A stretch of 64,000 nt of DNA from Octopus vulgaris (GCA_951406725.2 OX597822.1:48360001-48424000), one strand, 5' to 3'; shown: positions 1-14,688, counted from the first letter of the stretch. Numbers and translations are program-made. The notes: a model not told the origin generated them from the sequence alone.

Positions 1-2
1 TA

Positions 3-398
3 CAGAGGGACCTAGTATATACATGCGAGGTAAGATCAGGCCCTGACGATAAAAGAAAATCCTACATCGGAATGACGTCAAACAGCTTTAAGACCCGTTG
101 GTACGCCCACACACACTCGTTCCGGCGACCGGATAAATCCAACCAAACTACCCTCGCCGCCCACATCTGGTACCTTAAAAGGAACTCCATCCCCTTCAAG
201 ACCAAGTGGAAACTACTACAGAAGGCGCGTTCGTACACAGGAGGCCATACCTGCTGTGACCTTTGCATTTCGGAGAGCCTAGAGATCTTGTTCGCCAAAG
301 GCCCTCTCCTTAACAAGATCTCAGAACACTCTCCAAATTGCATGCATAAGAATTATGCAAACTACAAGAACTATAGACCTACCCGGCAACCAGATTGA
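3..398 (+). CDS. Penelope-like element GIY-YIG endonuclease, C-terminal part of ORF (runs off the window start)
   Basis: Frame from base 3 reads QRDLVYTCEVRSGPDDKRKSYIGMTSNSFKTRWYAHTHSF...TTLAAHIWYLK...CDLCISESLEI...LLNKISE...CMH. It has the LVY...YIG motif, the Arg in FKTRW, and the CxLC..E..LN tail typical of PLE endonucleases. Open to the stop at 398. Confidence 0.9.
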   Translation, partial: QRDLVYTCEVRSGPDDKRKSYIGMTSNSFKTRWYAHTHSFRRPDKSNQTTLAAHIWYLKRNSIPFKTKWKLLQKARSYTGGHTCCDLCISESLEILFAKGPLLNKISEHSPNCMHKNYANYKNYRPTRQPD

Positions 399-479
399 TG
401 ACACCCCACCCACAAACCCCCCCAATCCCACCGTTCCCCTAGCACCCCCGATTACCTTTTCTCCTAAGACCTTTCACAT

Positions 480-647
480 ATTGTATGTGCACGCTTGTAT
501 ATGTGTATATGTTGTATATGTGTATCGTATATATGTATAGAAATGTATGGGTATAGTAGGAATATACGCATGTATTATGTGTGTGTGTGTGTGTGTATGT
601 ATGTAAAAAAATATATATATATGTATGTGTGTGTGTGTGTGTGTGTG

Positions 648-688
<41 letters not shown>

Positions 689-983
689 ATGCATATGTGT
701 GTGCATATGTATGTGTGTATGTATGTGTATGTAGATATAAAATATTATATAATTAGGGCTTAGTAAAATAAATTACTTTGCCACATACTGAACTTTCTAG
801 AAATAGCAGCCAAAAAAGTTTTTTAGCCATTTCCACTACTTAAAGAAAATTTTCTCTCAGACAATGTTTATTCAAAAAAATAATGGTCCTTTTACATACT
901 GAATACTTGGTGAAATTGATTAATAACTAATTAACTTTACCCTCAATTGTTGATATATATATATATATATATATGTATGTGTA

Positions 984-1018
<35 letters not shown>

Positions 1019-1444
1019 GTGTGTGTGTGTATGTGTATGTGTTTATATATATGTATATATATATATGTATATGTGTGTGTATATGTATGTATATGTATAT
1101 ATGTATATATAAGTGTAGGCGAGTATGTCGATGTATATGTAGGTATGTAAAGTTATGTGTATGTGCATGTATGTGTGTGTGTATACAGATTGTAGATGGG
1201 TATATATATATATATGTGTGTGTATATATACATATATATATATGTATATATATATATATGTGTGTATATATATATATATATATGTATATGTGGGTATGTA
1301 GAGTTATACGTATGTGCATGTGTATGTGTATGTATATATATATGTATGTGTATGTGTATGTATGTATATATATGTGTGTGTGTGTGTGTGTATGTGTGTA
1401 TATGTATGTATATATGTATATATGTGTGTATGTGTAGGTGTGGG

Positions 1445-1480
<36 letters not shown>

Positions 1481-1582
1481 TGTGTATGTATGTATATGTG
1501 TATGTATGTATATGTATATATGTATATATATGTGAATGTGTGTGTGTATGTGTACATATGTGTATATGTGTATATATGTATA

Positions 1583-1633
<51 letters not shown>

Positions 1634-1842
1634 AAGTGTGTGTATATATGTATATGTAAGTGTGTGTATGTGTATGAGTATGTATGTATGTTTGCAAGCA
1701 TGTATATGTATATGTATATGTATATATATATATATTTATATATATATATATATGTATGTGTGTGTATGTATATATGTATGTGTGTGTGTGCATGTGTGTA
1801 TATGTATATGTATGTGTATGTATGTGTATGTATATGTATATA

Positions 1843-1897
<55 letters not shown>

Positions 1898-1952
1898 ATG
1901 TGTATGTGTGTGTTGTATATGTATGTATGTGTGTGTGTATGTGTGTATATAA

Positions 1953-2018
<66 letters not shown>

Positions 2019-2171
2019 ATGTATATATATGTGTGTATGTATATGTATGTATGTATATATGTGTGTGTATGTGTATGTGTATATGTACGTATACGTGTAC
2101 GCTCGTATGTTTATGTATATGTAGGTACGTAGAGTTATGTTTGTGTGTATGTATGTGTACATATGTGTAAG

Positions 2172-2212
<41 letters not shown>

Positions 2213-2591
2213 GTAAGTTTATATGTATGTATCCGTCTGTATAATAGGTAACTGCACGTATATATACTTAATATTTATTATTTATTTTTTGAGTATGCAT
2301 GTATGTATGAACATAAGGAGGCGCGTGTGTGTGTGTGTGTGTATGTGTATATATGTATGTATGTATGGGTGAATGTATGTATGTATATATGCGTATATAT
2401 ATATATATATATATATATACGTATATATGTATACATGTGTGTATATGTATATGTGTATGTGTATGTATATGTATGTGTATGCATGCGCGTATATGTATGT
2501 ATATGTATACGTGTGGGTGTGTGTATGTGTATATATGTATGTATGTATGGGTGAATGTATGTATGTATATATATGTATATATGTATGTATA

Positions 2592-2622
<31 letters not shown>

Positions 2623-2681
2623 GTGTATGTATTTGTATGTAGGTGTATATGTATGTGTGTATATATATATATATTTATTGG

Positions 2682-2712
<31 letters not shown>

Positions 2713-3319
2713 GTATGTATATATATATATTCATTGGTGTATATGTATAGACTAGTCTTCTAAGCTTGTAGACATGAATCTGTAGGTACGCGTACGTATG
2801 TGTATATATGTGAATGTATGTAGATGTATGTATGTATGAATATAACGCGTGCGTGCGTGTATGTGTATGATTGTACGAATGAGTGAGTGTGCGTGCTAAT
2901 GAGTGTGCGTGCGTGAGTGAGTGCTTGTGTTCAAGTAGAAAGATAAATGGACTTGCTGTGGTAGCCAAGACGCCTGTGACCAGCGGTCAAAGATAACAAA
3001 AGTAATAAATGAAGATAATAAAATTAAAATTAGGGAATGGGTCTGTATTTGTATGTATATATATATATATATATGTGTGTATGTGTAGGTATGTATAGGT
3101 ACACATATATATATATATGTATATATATGTATATATATGTGTATATGTATATATGTGTATATAGGGACTTGTGTGTTGTGTGTACATGTGTGTATGTGGA
3201 TATGTGTGGGTATGTGTGTATGTGTATGTGTGTGTATGTATATATATTTTTTGTATGTATATGTATGTGTGGTCGTGTGTGTATATATACATGTGTGTGT
3301 GTATATGTATATGCATGTG

Positions 3320-3364
<45 letters not shown>

Positions 3365-3413
3365 ATATGTATGTGTAGATATATGTATGTATATATATGT
3401 GTATATATATATA

Positions 3414-3444
<31 letters not shown>

Positions 3445-3465
3445 ATATATGTATGCATATGTGTA
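480..3465. repeat. ~3 kb compound (TA)n/(TG)n/(TATG)n microsatellite tract with short unique islands
   Basis: Direct reading; source of the many YI/CV/HT ORFs. Confidence 0.95.
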
Positions 3466-3744
3466 TAGGTATAAGTGAGAATCTCCTTATTTACCTAAAA
3501 CTCTATTCTTCTATATATTTTTTTACTCTTTTATTTATTCTTTTATCTAATTTACCACTGACTCCTTGACCACTCCCCCAAGTATGATATTTTTGCGCTA
3601 TGCCTACCCCCAAAAAGTCCCCCACCACCACCCCTTTAAACCTGCCTAAATGTATAAATGCCAATACAATTCTTGTTAACTAGCTTCCTGAAGATTTCTC
3701 TTGAATGAAACAGTTCTAGTCCTGTAGAAGCTCCTTCTATATAA
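3466..3744 (+). repeat. HHR-bearing direct repeat, copy 1 (Penelope pLTR-like, ~280 bp)
   Basis: Near-identical to 6653-6929 (AGGTATAAGTGAGAATCTCC...GAAGCTCCTTCTATATAAT). Confidence 0.9.
3682..3732 (+). ncRNA. Type I hammerhead ribozyme
   Basis: AGCTTC-CTGAAGA-T.TTC.TCTT.GAA.T-GAAA-CAG.TTCTAGTC.CTG-TA-GAAGCT: perfect 6-bp stem I, intact core, GUA cleavage triplet. Confidence 0.85.
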
Positions 3745-3747
3745 TAA

Positions 3748-3791
<44 letters not shown>

Positions 3792-3836
3792 CTATAAAAT
3801 ATGCCAAGCATATATATATATATATATATATATATA

Positions 3837-5910
3837 ACTTAGAATAACTTAGAAAGGTTTTTGGCCAGTATTGGCCCAGGCCATGTCTAACTTAATAGCA
3901 CCACCTGGCGAAGTCTTTCAGTTCAGGATTTGGGCACCAAGGCCCATTCGAGCAGAGAGTTATTGTTTGCGGAGACATATCCGGGTGTGGATGGTTTGTC
4001 CGGTACTGTTTGAAGGAATTTGTCCAAAGACTTCTTGAATTTTGTGTGGTCAGTTTCTTTTTTGACGTGTCCTGGTGTAATGTTGAAGAGAGCGGGTCCA
4101 ATTGAGGTGAAATAGTTGTGCCGTATTGTCGTTATGTGATGCGATTTAGATTTTTGTTGTGGACGGATGGCACGTGGTCCAAGCCTTGGATGCATTTTGA
4201 AGGTGATGCCAACATCATTCGGACAGTGCTGATGGAATATTTTCCACATCATACAGATAATGTAGCGTTCACGGCGTCGTTGGAGTGAATACAATTTCAG
4301 CTTCTCTAGTCTACCCCAGTAGTCAAGGTCTGACATGCCATCTATCTTTTTTGTGATTGACCTTTGGGGAGCTTCAATTCTCATAATATTTTGTTTTGTG
4401 TAGGGAGACCACAGTGGACAGCAGTATTCAAGGTGGGGTCGGGCAAAAGTGGAGAAGAGAAGGATAATAGCGTGGGAATCTCTCGACTGGAAGGTTCTGA
4501 GAATCCAGGAACACATTCTGCGGGCCATGTCAACTTTGCTGCTTATATGTGTAGCCCAGCTTATGTTGTTGTCCACTGTTACTCCCAGGTCTCTGATGTT
4601 GTTGGATGCCATGAGAATTTCTCCAGAAGGAAGAGAGTATGGGAGTTTCAGAGCGTCCTCCCTTCCAAAGTGGATCAGTTCGAATTTGTCTTCATTTAGC
4701 AACATGTTATTCTTTTCCGCCCATTGGACAACAGCTAGTAGGTCTGACTGAAGGTTTATTCGGTCATCCACGCCATTGATGACCTTCTGGAGCTTGGAAT
4801 CATCAGCGAAGGTTCTGATGTTGCTGTGTTTGATGGTGTCAGTAATATCATTTATGTAGATGATGAAGAGAAGTGGGCCCAACACAGTGCCTTGTGGGAC
4901 ACCACTGCTGACTTTGGCTGGGCTGGATTTGACTCCCTCGACTACAACATGTTGGGTTCTGTTAGAGAGGAAGCGCTTGATCCATTGCAGCAGCTTTCCA
5001 GTGACACCAATATTGGACAGCTTTCTCAGAAGGATCTTATGATCAACCCTGTCAAAGGCCTTGCTGAAATCAAGGTAGATGACATCAGTGTTGGAACCCT
5101 CTCCCAAGGCTCTCAAAATGTCATCAAAATGATGCAGTAGCTGCGTCAGGCAATCTCTCCCATTACGGAATCCATGCTGGTTGGGGTTCAGCATATTATG
5201 ACTCTCAAGGAAGTGAGTCATACGCGATCTCAGCACCCTCTCAAATACCTTGATGATATGAGAGGTGAGTGAGATTGGACGGTAATTCACGGCAAGCGAT
5301 TTGTTTCCTTTTTTGAAAACTGGGACAACAGACTGGGATAGAAGGTCTTCTGGTATATATCCAGCATCCAATGAGTTCCGCCACAGATTGGCTAGAGGGG
5401 GTGCAAGTTGGTTTTGACACATCTTCAAGACACAAGCAGGGAACCTATCGGGACCTACTGCTAAATTATGCTTCATTTCCTTTATTGCTGCTAAGACATC
5501 AGGAGCGCCAAATGTTATGTCCGATAAAGTGTATTGGGGAGTAACATCACTGATACAGCCCAGATCAGTCATATCAGGATTGCTGAAAACAGAGCAATAT
5601 TGTTTCTGCAATATTTCTCCCATGGTTTTGGCATTGTCTTGAAGAATACCATTTTCATCAATCAGAGGGCCAACAGTAGAACCAGTGACTCTGTGTTTTT
5701 TTGCAAATGAAAAGAACACTTTGGGATTGAGTTTGATCTTCTCAATGGCCCAGGCCTCTTCAGCTCTTCGCTGACTATTGATGATAGACATCATGTTGTT
5801 TTGGAGTTTATGTTTTTTAATCTCTAGCGACGAGATGGCAGTCAGGTTGGTGTGTTGCTGTTGACAGTATTTCAGCATGTTGATCTTTTTGTTGATTCTT
5901 TTAATTTTCC
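3837..5910 (-). mobile_element. 5'-truncated CR1/L2-group LINE inserted in (TA)n
   Basis: RT ORF plus short 3' UTR ending in a (TTCTAAGTTA)2 tail on the minus strand; both ends abut TA microsatellite. Confidence 0.85.
3923..5910 (-). CDS. non-LTR retrotransposon ORF2 reverse transcriptase (uninterrupted ~660 codons, endonuclease domain missing)
   Basis: [97 protein letters not shown]. The N-terminal 40 aa of the tracked ORF (5911-6034) are microsatellite read-through. Confidence 0.95.
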
Positions 5911-5939
5911 ATATATATATATATATATATGAGATATAT

Positions 5940-5987
<48 letters not shown>

Positions 5988-6049
5988 GGAGTAAACACAT
6001 AAATGTGAATCAAGGTGGAAAAAAGAGTACTCAAATACCAGTGGTAGAG

Positions 6050-6095
<46 letters not shown>

Positions 6096-6309
6096 TATAA
6101 TATATGCCAAGCATACACATATATATATATAATATATATATAATAAATATATATATATATAACTATAATATATGCCAAGAATATATATATATATGTCGGT
6201 CAGTTGTCCATAATTTAGAAACAATGCACACTATATATATTTATATATAGATGTACATATGTATGTATGTATGTATGTAAATATTATATATATATGTAAA
6301 TGTCTATAT

Positions 6310-6365
<56 letters not shown>

Positions 6366-6556
6366 GAAATGAGGTACTCAGAAGATCGGATGGTTTATAT
6401 TTACAGATATTTATTTATATTTTACTTTTTTTATATATATATCATATCACTTAGATCATTAGCGCTGTCTCCCATTCTAGTGTGGTTTTCAAATCAAACT
6501 ATATATATATATTTATATATATAACTACAATATATTCCAAGCATACATACATATAC

Positions 6557-6615
<59 letters not shown>

Positions 6616-6652
6616 ACTACAGTATATGCCAAGCATACATACATATACATAT

Positions 6653-6993
6653 AGGTATAAGTGAGAATCTCCTTATTTACCTAAAACTCTATTCTTCTAT
6701 ATATTTTTTTACTCTTTTATTTATTCTTTTATCTAATTTACCACTGACTCCTTGACCACTTCCCCAAGTATGATATTTTTGCGCTATGCCTACCCCAAAA
6801 AGTCCCCCACCACCACCCCTTTAAACCTGCCTAAATGTATAAATGCCAATACAATTCTTGTTAACTAGCTTCCTGAAGATTTCTCTTGAATGAAACAGTT
6901 CTAGTCCTGTAGAAGCTCCTTCTATATAATATATTAATTTTACTCTGCTATGTATTGAGTACCTTATTTACTGTGGTTAACCCCGAATCCACC
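6653..6993 (+). repeat. HHR-bearing direct repeat, copy 2, with ~60 bp extra 3' tail
   Basis: Matches 3466-3744, then continues ATTAATTTTACTCTGCTATGTATTGAGTACC...GGGACCTAC into (TA)n. Confidence 0.9.
6867..6917 (+). ncRNA. Type I hammerhead ribozyme (identical to 3682-3732)
   Basis: AGCTTC-CTGAAGA...GAAA-CAG...CTG-TA-GAAGCT. Confidence 0.85.
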
Positions 6994-7000
6994 CGGGACC

Positions 7001-7059
<59 letters not shown>

Positions 7060-7201
7060 TTCATCGTTGATGTTTCAGTACGCAGCAATCGAGATTTTCC
7101 TCTTCCTTCCCTCTTACAATAGACCATTTTCTCCTTTTCTCTCTATCTATCTATCTATCGCCCCACTTTTCTGTTTTATACGGCTCTGTGCATGCATGCA
7201 C

Positions 7202-7266
<65 letters not shown>

Positions 7267-7296
7267 CATACATACATACGTGCATGCATGCACAGA

Positions 7297-7354
<58 letters not shown>

Positions 7355-7487
7355 TTTATATTATTATTTTGCATTTTACTTAATCATCGGTATATTATTG
7401 TTATTTTTTAAAAATATTTCTAATTACGTAATTTTCTAGATTATGTAATTTAATTGTTCATTGTGAATTGATAAGTGTTTTTTTCTA

Positions 7488-7528
<41 letters not shown>

Positions 7529-8056
7529 TGCACGTATGTATGTATGTATGTATGTATGTATGTATGTATGTATGTATGTATGTATGTATGTATGTATGTA
7601 TGTATGTGTGGCTGTGTGTATGTGTGCGTGATTCTGTATATAAAGAAAATCACCCTTAATTCCCTTATATCCCTTATATGTGAAGTTATTACCTTCCCAT
7701 CTACTTTTTCTACACTGGTGAAATTGGTGAAAATCCCATTAATGTTTTTTTTTTTATAGAAATTAACAATAAAAAGATTTACAAGTATTTAACATTGTGT
7801 AATTTTAATCAATTAGAAACCAGCATTGCCGCCATAGCGGAAGTCGCACCTGTCTTTCTCTATAGCAACAACAGATACATAACAAAGTTGAACCCTTTAC
7901 GTGTTAGAAAGAGCAGCCAAATTTTCCTTAATTTGCACCTTAACCTCTGAGAAACAAAATTGACGAAACGTATTGCCACAACACCAAATATGTCTTCGTT
8001 TGAGGCAGGCCCAAATGCTTTCCACTTGTTGTGTGTTATTAGTTAAAATTTTTGAT

Positions 8057-8255
8057 ACTAGGTCAACAATTTTAGGTCAGGGGCTAAGTCGATTACTATG
8101 ACCCCAGTACTCAACTGGTACTAGTTTTATTTATCGACCCTGAAAGGATCAAAGGCAAAGTCGATCACAGTGGCATTTGAACTCAGAATGTAAAGACGGA
8201 CGAAATCCCTTTAAGCATTTTGTCCGGCCCAGTAACGACTCTAGGAGCTCGCTAC
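8057..8255 (-). mobile_element. SINE family A (tRNA head, Meta/MESC-like domain), diverged
   Basis: Reverse-complement similarity to 19763-19978. Confidence 0.75.
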
Positions 8256-8359
8256 CCGAGTGATGAGTATTATTAACATTTGAATTAGGGTCAATCTCAT
8301 CGGATATAATCTGTTACTCTCATCTCACAATCCTCAAAACATTTTCTGGGCCCCACCGT

Positions 8360-8714
8360 CAGCGCTGGATTAAAACATTGAGCAAAATATGCACGTGCTT
8401 AGGGCATCAAGGGAAGCGGAGTACCATAGGAATGGTAAATAATTAATGGCACAAAAGAAATCATTTTAAACTTGTTAAAATAATATTTGAAGTGGTTTTT
8501 ATGATCGGAAATATAATTTCGAAGTGTTAATGGTGTCATAGTGAGGATCTGGTCAAAGTAGAACACTGCTTAAATATAAATAGTGGAAATATATAAAAAT
8601 AAACAATATTTTCTATTTTACTGTTGGTTTTGCCTACATTTTTAATTACATATATATAGGGGGCACCAAAGTCTTTAAGTGCTTAAGGCCTCGATGGGTC
8701 TTAATCCGGTCCTT
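8360..8714. mobile_element. hAT-type MITE
   Basis: Imperfect TIRs CAGCGCTGGATTAA / TTAATCCGGTCCTT; 8-bp flanks CCCACCGT / CCCACAGA resemble a decayed TSD. Confidence 0.65.
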
Positions 8715-8984
8715 CCCACAGATCGTTATTAAATGTACTCTGACTTCTTATGACAAAATTGTGATCACAGTGTAAAAGAAATAGGCGGTGGAGACGGAGA
8801 AAGAATTGGTTACCAATGTTGTTAGTTCATGAAGTGTAATGTTGCTGTTGTTGTTGTTGAGGATGTTATTGTTGGTGGTGTATATGATGATAAATAACAA
8901 TCACATGTGGTGCGTGTGGGTGTGTGTGGATATTCCGTCTCATATTTCATGGCATTGCTGACGTGGGTCTGTAGAGTTTGGATT

Positions 8985-8986
8985 AC

Positions 8987-9058
<72 letters not shown>

Positions 9059-9395
9059 GTCTATCTTATCTATCTATCTATGTGTCTGTCTGTGTGTCTG
9101 TTTGTGTGTCTGTCTGTGTGCCTGTATGTGTGTCTGTCTGTGTGTCTGTCTGTGTGTCTGTCTGTGTGTCTATCTGTGTGTCTGTCTGTGTGTGTGTCTG
9201 TGTGTGTGTCTGTGTGTGTGCGTGTGTCTATCTGTGTGTCTGTCTGTCTGTGTGTCTGTGTGTGTGTCTGTGTGTGTGTGTGTGGTGTGCGTGTGTGTGT
9301 GTGGTGTGTGTGGTGTGTGTGTGGTGTGTGTGGTGTATGTGGTGTATGTGGTGTGTGTGTGGTGTGTGGTGTGTGGTGTGTGTGTTGTGTTTGTG
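8985..9395. repeat. (ATCT)n, (GTCT/GT)n, (GTGTG)n compound microsatellite
   Basis: Direct reading. Confidence 0.95.
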
Positions 9396-10114
9396 CAATA
9401 CATATATACATGTACAATATATGTATATGGCTTGAAGTTTATATGGTCGCTTGTACTCGAGCACATTCTTCGGTTTTAGAACTTGTGCGCAAAGGAAAAA
9501 TATGTTCACACAAGATTTTCATAATGAAATTAAATTCTTTTAATTGAAAAAATTTAAGCGATGTTTACTGGCATTTAGAAAGACTGTTGCCCACTCGCAA
9601 CAATTATGAAGGATATCGGTAATAACAAATTAAAATTCTAGAATGTTTTGCGTATTTCCACAGCTCGATTAATGAGTTTTAATTGCAATTTCTTAATCAA
9701 CTGCAATATTTTTGGTTTTATGAAGCTCAGCTTCTTATTGCGTCGGCGACGTTTTTGTCCAGCCGTTTCGGGGCCGCCTATTTGCGTCGCTGATTTGACG
9801 CCGACTTATTTGCTTCAGATGTTTCAATGTTTCTCTCGTTCTATTTCCCCCTCTCTCCATCACTTTCTCTTTACTTACGCGTGCGAGCATATTTCACTTT
9901 ATGTTAATTGCTAGCAAGGACACGGTGTTTAGTTTTTCAACCATAATATACTCCCAAGAATACGAAAGGTTTACAATTCAAGCTTTACTTTTGTGTTAGC
10001 AGAGCGATGTTTCCATTTTAAAGCTTATCTATACAGAAATAGAAATTTAACATGTTTCGTATATGAAAACGTTTATATAAACAATTGAATCGAATACAGA
10101 AAAAAATAGGCAAT

Positions 10115-10160
10115 GAGTGTATATCCATATTTCAAGAGTTGTTGCATTTTCTTCAGTGCC
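10115..10160 (-). ncRNA. Decayed hammerhead motif (same family as 38696 and 39075)
   Basis: Minus strand GGCA-CTGAAGA-aaatgcaacaactctt-GAAA-TA.TGGA.TA-TA-CACTC; core intact, stems I and II damaged. Confidence 0.55.
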
Positions 10161-10416
10161 ACATCCGACCCATTGACTATCCACCGACGTATTGTTTAAA
10201 TAGCCACTAATTTAGTGATGTAACATTTATTGATTGACTAATTTAAGTATTATGCACATTCCTGGCCGCTGGTACGTACATTTCGTTTTATGTGTTTGAG
10301 GGAAAGTGTTCATGTCAATCGCATTCAATAATTAATAAATTATAGTGTCTCTTTCTCTCCACCACTCCCTCTCTCTCTGCTTCTGTCTGTCCGTCTAGCT
10401 GTCTGTCTCTCTTCTA

Positions 10417-10473
<57 letters not shown>

Positions 10474-10769
10474 GTCTCTAGCTGTATGTGCATATTTCTG
10501 CTCGTGTGCGCACGCTAACTTCCCGCGTCAAAAAGAACTGTAGCTAAAACAAGTTAACTCTTCAGTCAGCTGTGCCATATCGTCAGCGCCAAAACAGATG
10601 CGCCCAACACTCCCGTTCTCATGGCTGTTGCTAAATCTGTTAGTCATATGACCAAATCCCCCCCGATAATCACAGGCATGAATCCGCAGGAGTACACACG
10701 GAGTATTTAGTATTTGTAGAGTTCTCTTTATTTCTATGTCAATGTTTTCGCTTACTTTTTACTTAAAAT

Positions 10770-12153
<1,384 letters not shown>

Positions 12154-12643
12154 TATCTTAACGCATATATATCTAAAATACATGTCTATCATTTAAGGAA
12201 TATAGACCGCTTCCTGGATCAGAGCAGGTTCCTCAACACCTCTGGTCATTATCATCCCTTCTCTATCGTCACGTATTATCCCAAAGGCACCTGTGAGAAA
12301 TCTAGGAATCAGAGCAGCCTAGAGTAAGGTCACGCGTTTGTTGTGACATTGCCTTCAGAGCAGAGTCCCCCGTATAGACGCAAGCGTACTTGAGAAACTG
12401 TTCAAGAACAACATTAAAATTGTTGAAATTTATGCTACACAGAAACATTTCAGTCAAAGAATTATTTCTTCTTTTCAGTCTCATCCCATTGTGACAACTG
12501 ATTACATTGGAACAGTTTCTGAAGGTGAAATGGACGTAGAGAGTGAAGTTACCGGCATTCCCATTTTACGATGGCATCCTGCAAACCCATTTTCAGATGT
12601 TTTGTCCAATGCTGATTTAGTTATCGCTAGTAATGTTCTGCAC

Positions 12644-13009
12644 CAAGGTTCTCAACCAATTTTGGCCAAAGTCCCCCTTTTGACTCCTGGAGTTACAAAT
12701 GGCTCACTGCCTAGAAAATATTTTCATTTTTCAATACACTACTTATTTTGATATCAGCAGATAATGATTAAAAAATAAAAGACATCGTTTTACATATGCG
12801 CTTGTACGCAATCGGGAGTACAAATGTACAAACTGAAATGCAACCCCACTAAAAAAAAAAAACGAAATAATGAATTGAAAGAGTGGTAATTGCGTTTATT
12901 TCGACCACACGACACTTATGAGATCAACGTGTGCTCTTTGGTTAAAGAGAACCCCTTTGCTCCAAAGCGCCCCACTCGAGCTCCAAATGGTCACCGTTGA
13001 GAACCTTTG
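12644..13009. mobile_element. hAT-Charlie-type MITE
   Basis: TIRs CAAGGTTCTCAAC / GTTGAGAACCTTTG; 8-bp TSD TTCTGCAC / TTCTACAC. Confidence 0.75.
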
Positions 13010-13779
13010 TTCTACACAAATACAAGGATGTCAATCAGGTGATGACGAACATCTGTCACGTTCTGAACAGTGGTAAATTTCAGTACAGATTCTCAAGGCG
13101 TGGCAGTATAGTAGAAGCTTGCTTCCCAACCTCGCTCTTTTGACTCGTATCAGCAGTCCCAGCTTTTATTTCGGCAATCTCGACAAAGTACGGTGCTGTT
13201 ATAGTTCAGGTACAATGGCTGTAACTTTAGGGGGTGTATATAAACATTTATCGATCCAATATTTCACTGGTATTTACTTGATCGGCCCCGGAATAATGAA
13301 AGGGCGAAACTTCGGAGGTATCATAGGATCGAAGACAGGATTCGAACCCAGAGCGTAAAGAACGTATCTTAAATATCACACGCATTTTTTGTCCACTTCT
13401 CTCTCGATTCTGCGAATCCACCATTTCGCTTGGGCACGAGGTACCATCTGCTGTAATAAAAACAGAAATATGATATATATGTGTGAGTATATATGTGGCA
13501 ATGTAAGCGAATCTCTGTGTATGTATGTATGTATGTATGTATGTATGTATGTATGTATGTATGTATGTATGTATGTGTGTGTGTGTGTATGTGTGTGTGT
13601 GTGTTTTGTGTGTGCGTGCATCCGTGCGTGTGTGCATGATACTTCGTCGCCAGCCAAGCGGAAGTGTCAGAAGAACATGTGATATCAATTACAGGTGTCA
13701 AGAGAGCGTGCAATATCGGTTATGTGCGACCAACCGTAAACAAACGGCCATATTGGTTGTTTTCATTGTTGCTATTGAT

Positions 13780-13951
13780 ATTGTTGTTGTTGTTGTCGTC
13801 GTCGTCCTCGCCTTTGTTATTGTTGTATCAAGGGATGCTGTGGTTGTTATTGTTGTTGTTGTTACCGGTTTGCTGTTTTTTTCTTTTTCTATTTTTTTTT
13901 ATCTTCTCCGGCCGTGATTTGTTCTTGTTGCTTCCGTCGTCGCTGTCCTTG

Positions 13952-13987
<36 letters not shown>

Positions 13988-14226
13988 AACTACTGCTGCT
14001 GCTACTGCTACTGCTGCTTCTGCTGCTGCTTCTGCATCTGCTTCTACTGCTACTACTGCCGCTGCTTCCACTGCTACTACTCTTACTACTACCACTACTG
14101 CAGTAGCTGCCACTGTTGCTGCTGTTCTCACTGCTGCTGCTGTTGCCGCTGCTGCTGCTACTACTACAACAACTACTACTACAACAACTACTACTACTAC
14201 AACAACTACTGCTGCTACTGCTGCAG

Positions 14227-14267
<41 letters not shown>

Positions 14268-14335
14268 GCAGCAGCTGCTGCTGCTACTTCCTCCCCCTCC
14301 TACTCCCACAACTTCCACTACTACTACGATGATGA
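13780..14335. repeat. Trinucleotide (GTT/CTA/CTG)n low-complexity tract
   Basis: Direct reading. Confidence 0.9.
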
Positions 14336-14650
14336 AAGCCATCTCTTCCCCTATTTCTTTTCGTTTTGCATTTCTTTTTTTTTTCGTTCACCTGCTTTTT
14401 CTTTCTGGTTATCTTTCCTTTTAATATTTCATTTTCTTTCCTCTTCCACTTCCTGACCATTTCTACTTCCGGCGTGATAGGATCAGTGGATGCATGACCC
14501 AACGGTTTCATATTGTTAAAACCATATGTTACAGAATTTGACAGAGATTAGCTGCTATTTTTATCCAAGTTGGGATAACTTACTCCAGATTGTTCGTGTT
14601 CGTTGAAACGGTTCGTTATGTAAGGCAAAGTACATTGAAGGATATATATT

Positions 14651-14688
14651 TAGCTGATGATATCAGAATTAAGCCGAAACATGTCCAG
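14651..14688 (+). ncRNA. Hammerhead-like motif, weak stems I and II
   Basis: CTGATGA-tatcagaattaagcc-GAAA-CATG-TC; intact core with palindromic ACATGT stem III. Confidence 0.45.

Noticed and set aside
927-3569. Long ORFs up to 411 aa rich in YI/HT/CV
   Set aside because: Translations of TA/TG/TATG microsatellites, which lack stops in several frames; the same applies to similar ORFs throughout the window
4364-5140. Plus-strand ORFs overlapping the RT
   Set aside because: Antisense shadows of the LINE ORF with no recognisable motifs
3466-6993. LTR retrotransposon
   Set aside because: The direct repeats lack TG...CA ends, PBS and PPT; the internal ORF is a non-LTR RT in antisense orientation with no gag, RNase H or integrase
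13664-14456. Cys/Tyr-, Ser- or Thr/Ala-rich ORFs resembling metallothionein or mucin
   Set aside because: Trinucleotide repeat; part is duplicated in inverted orientation nearby
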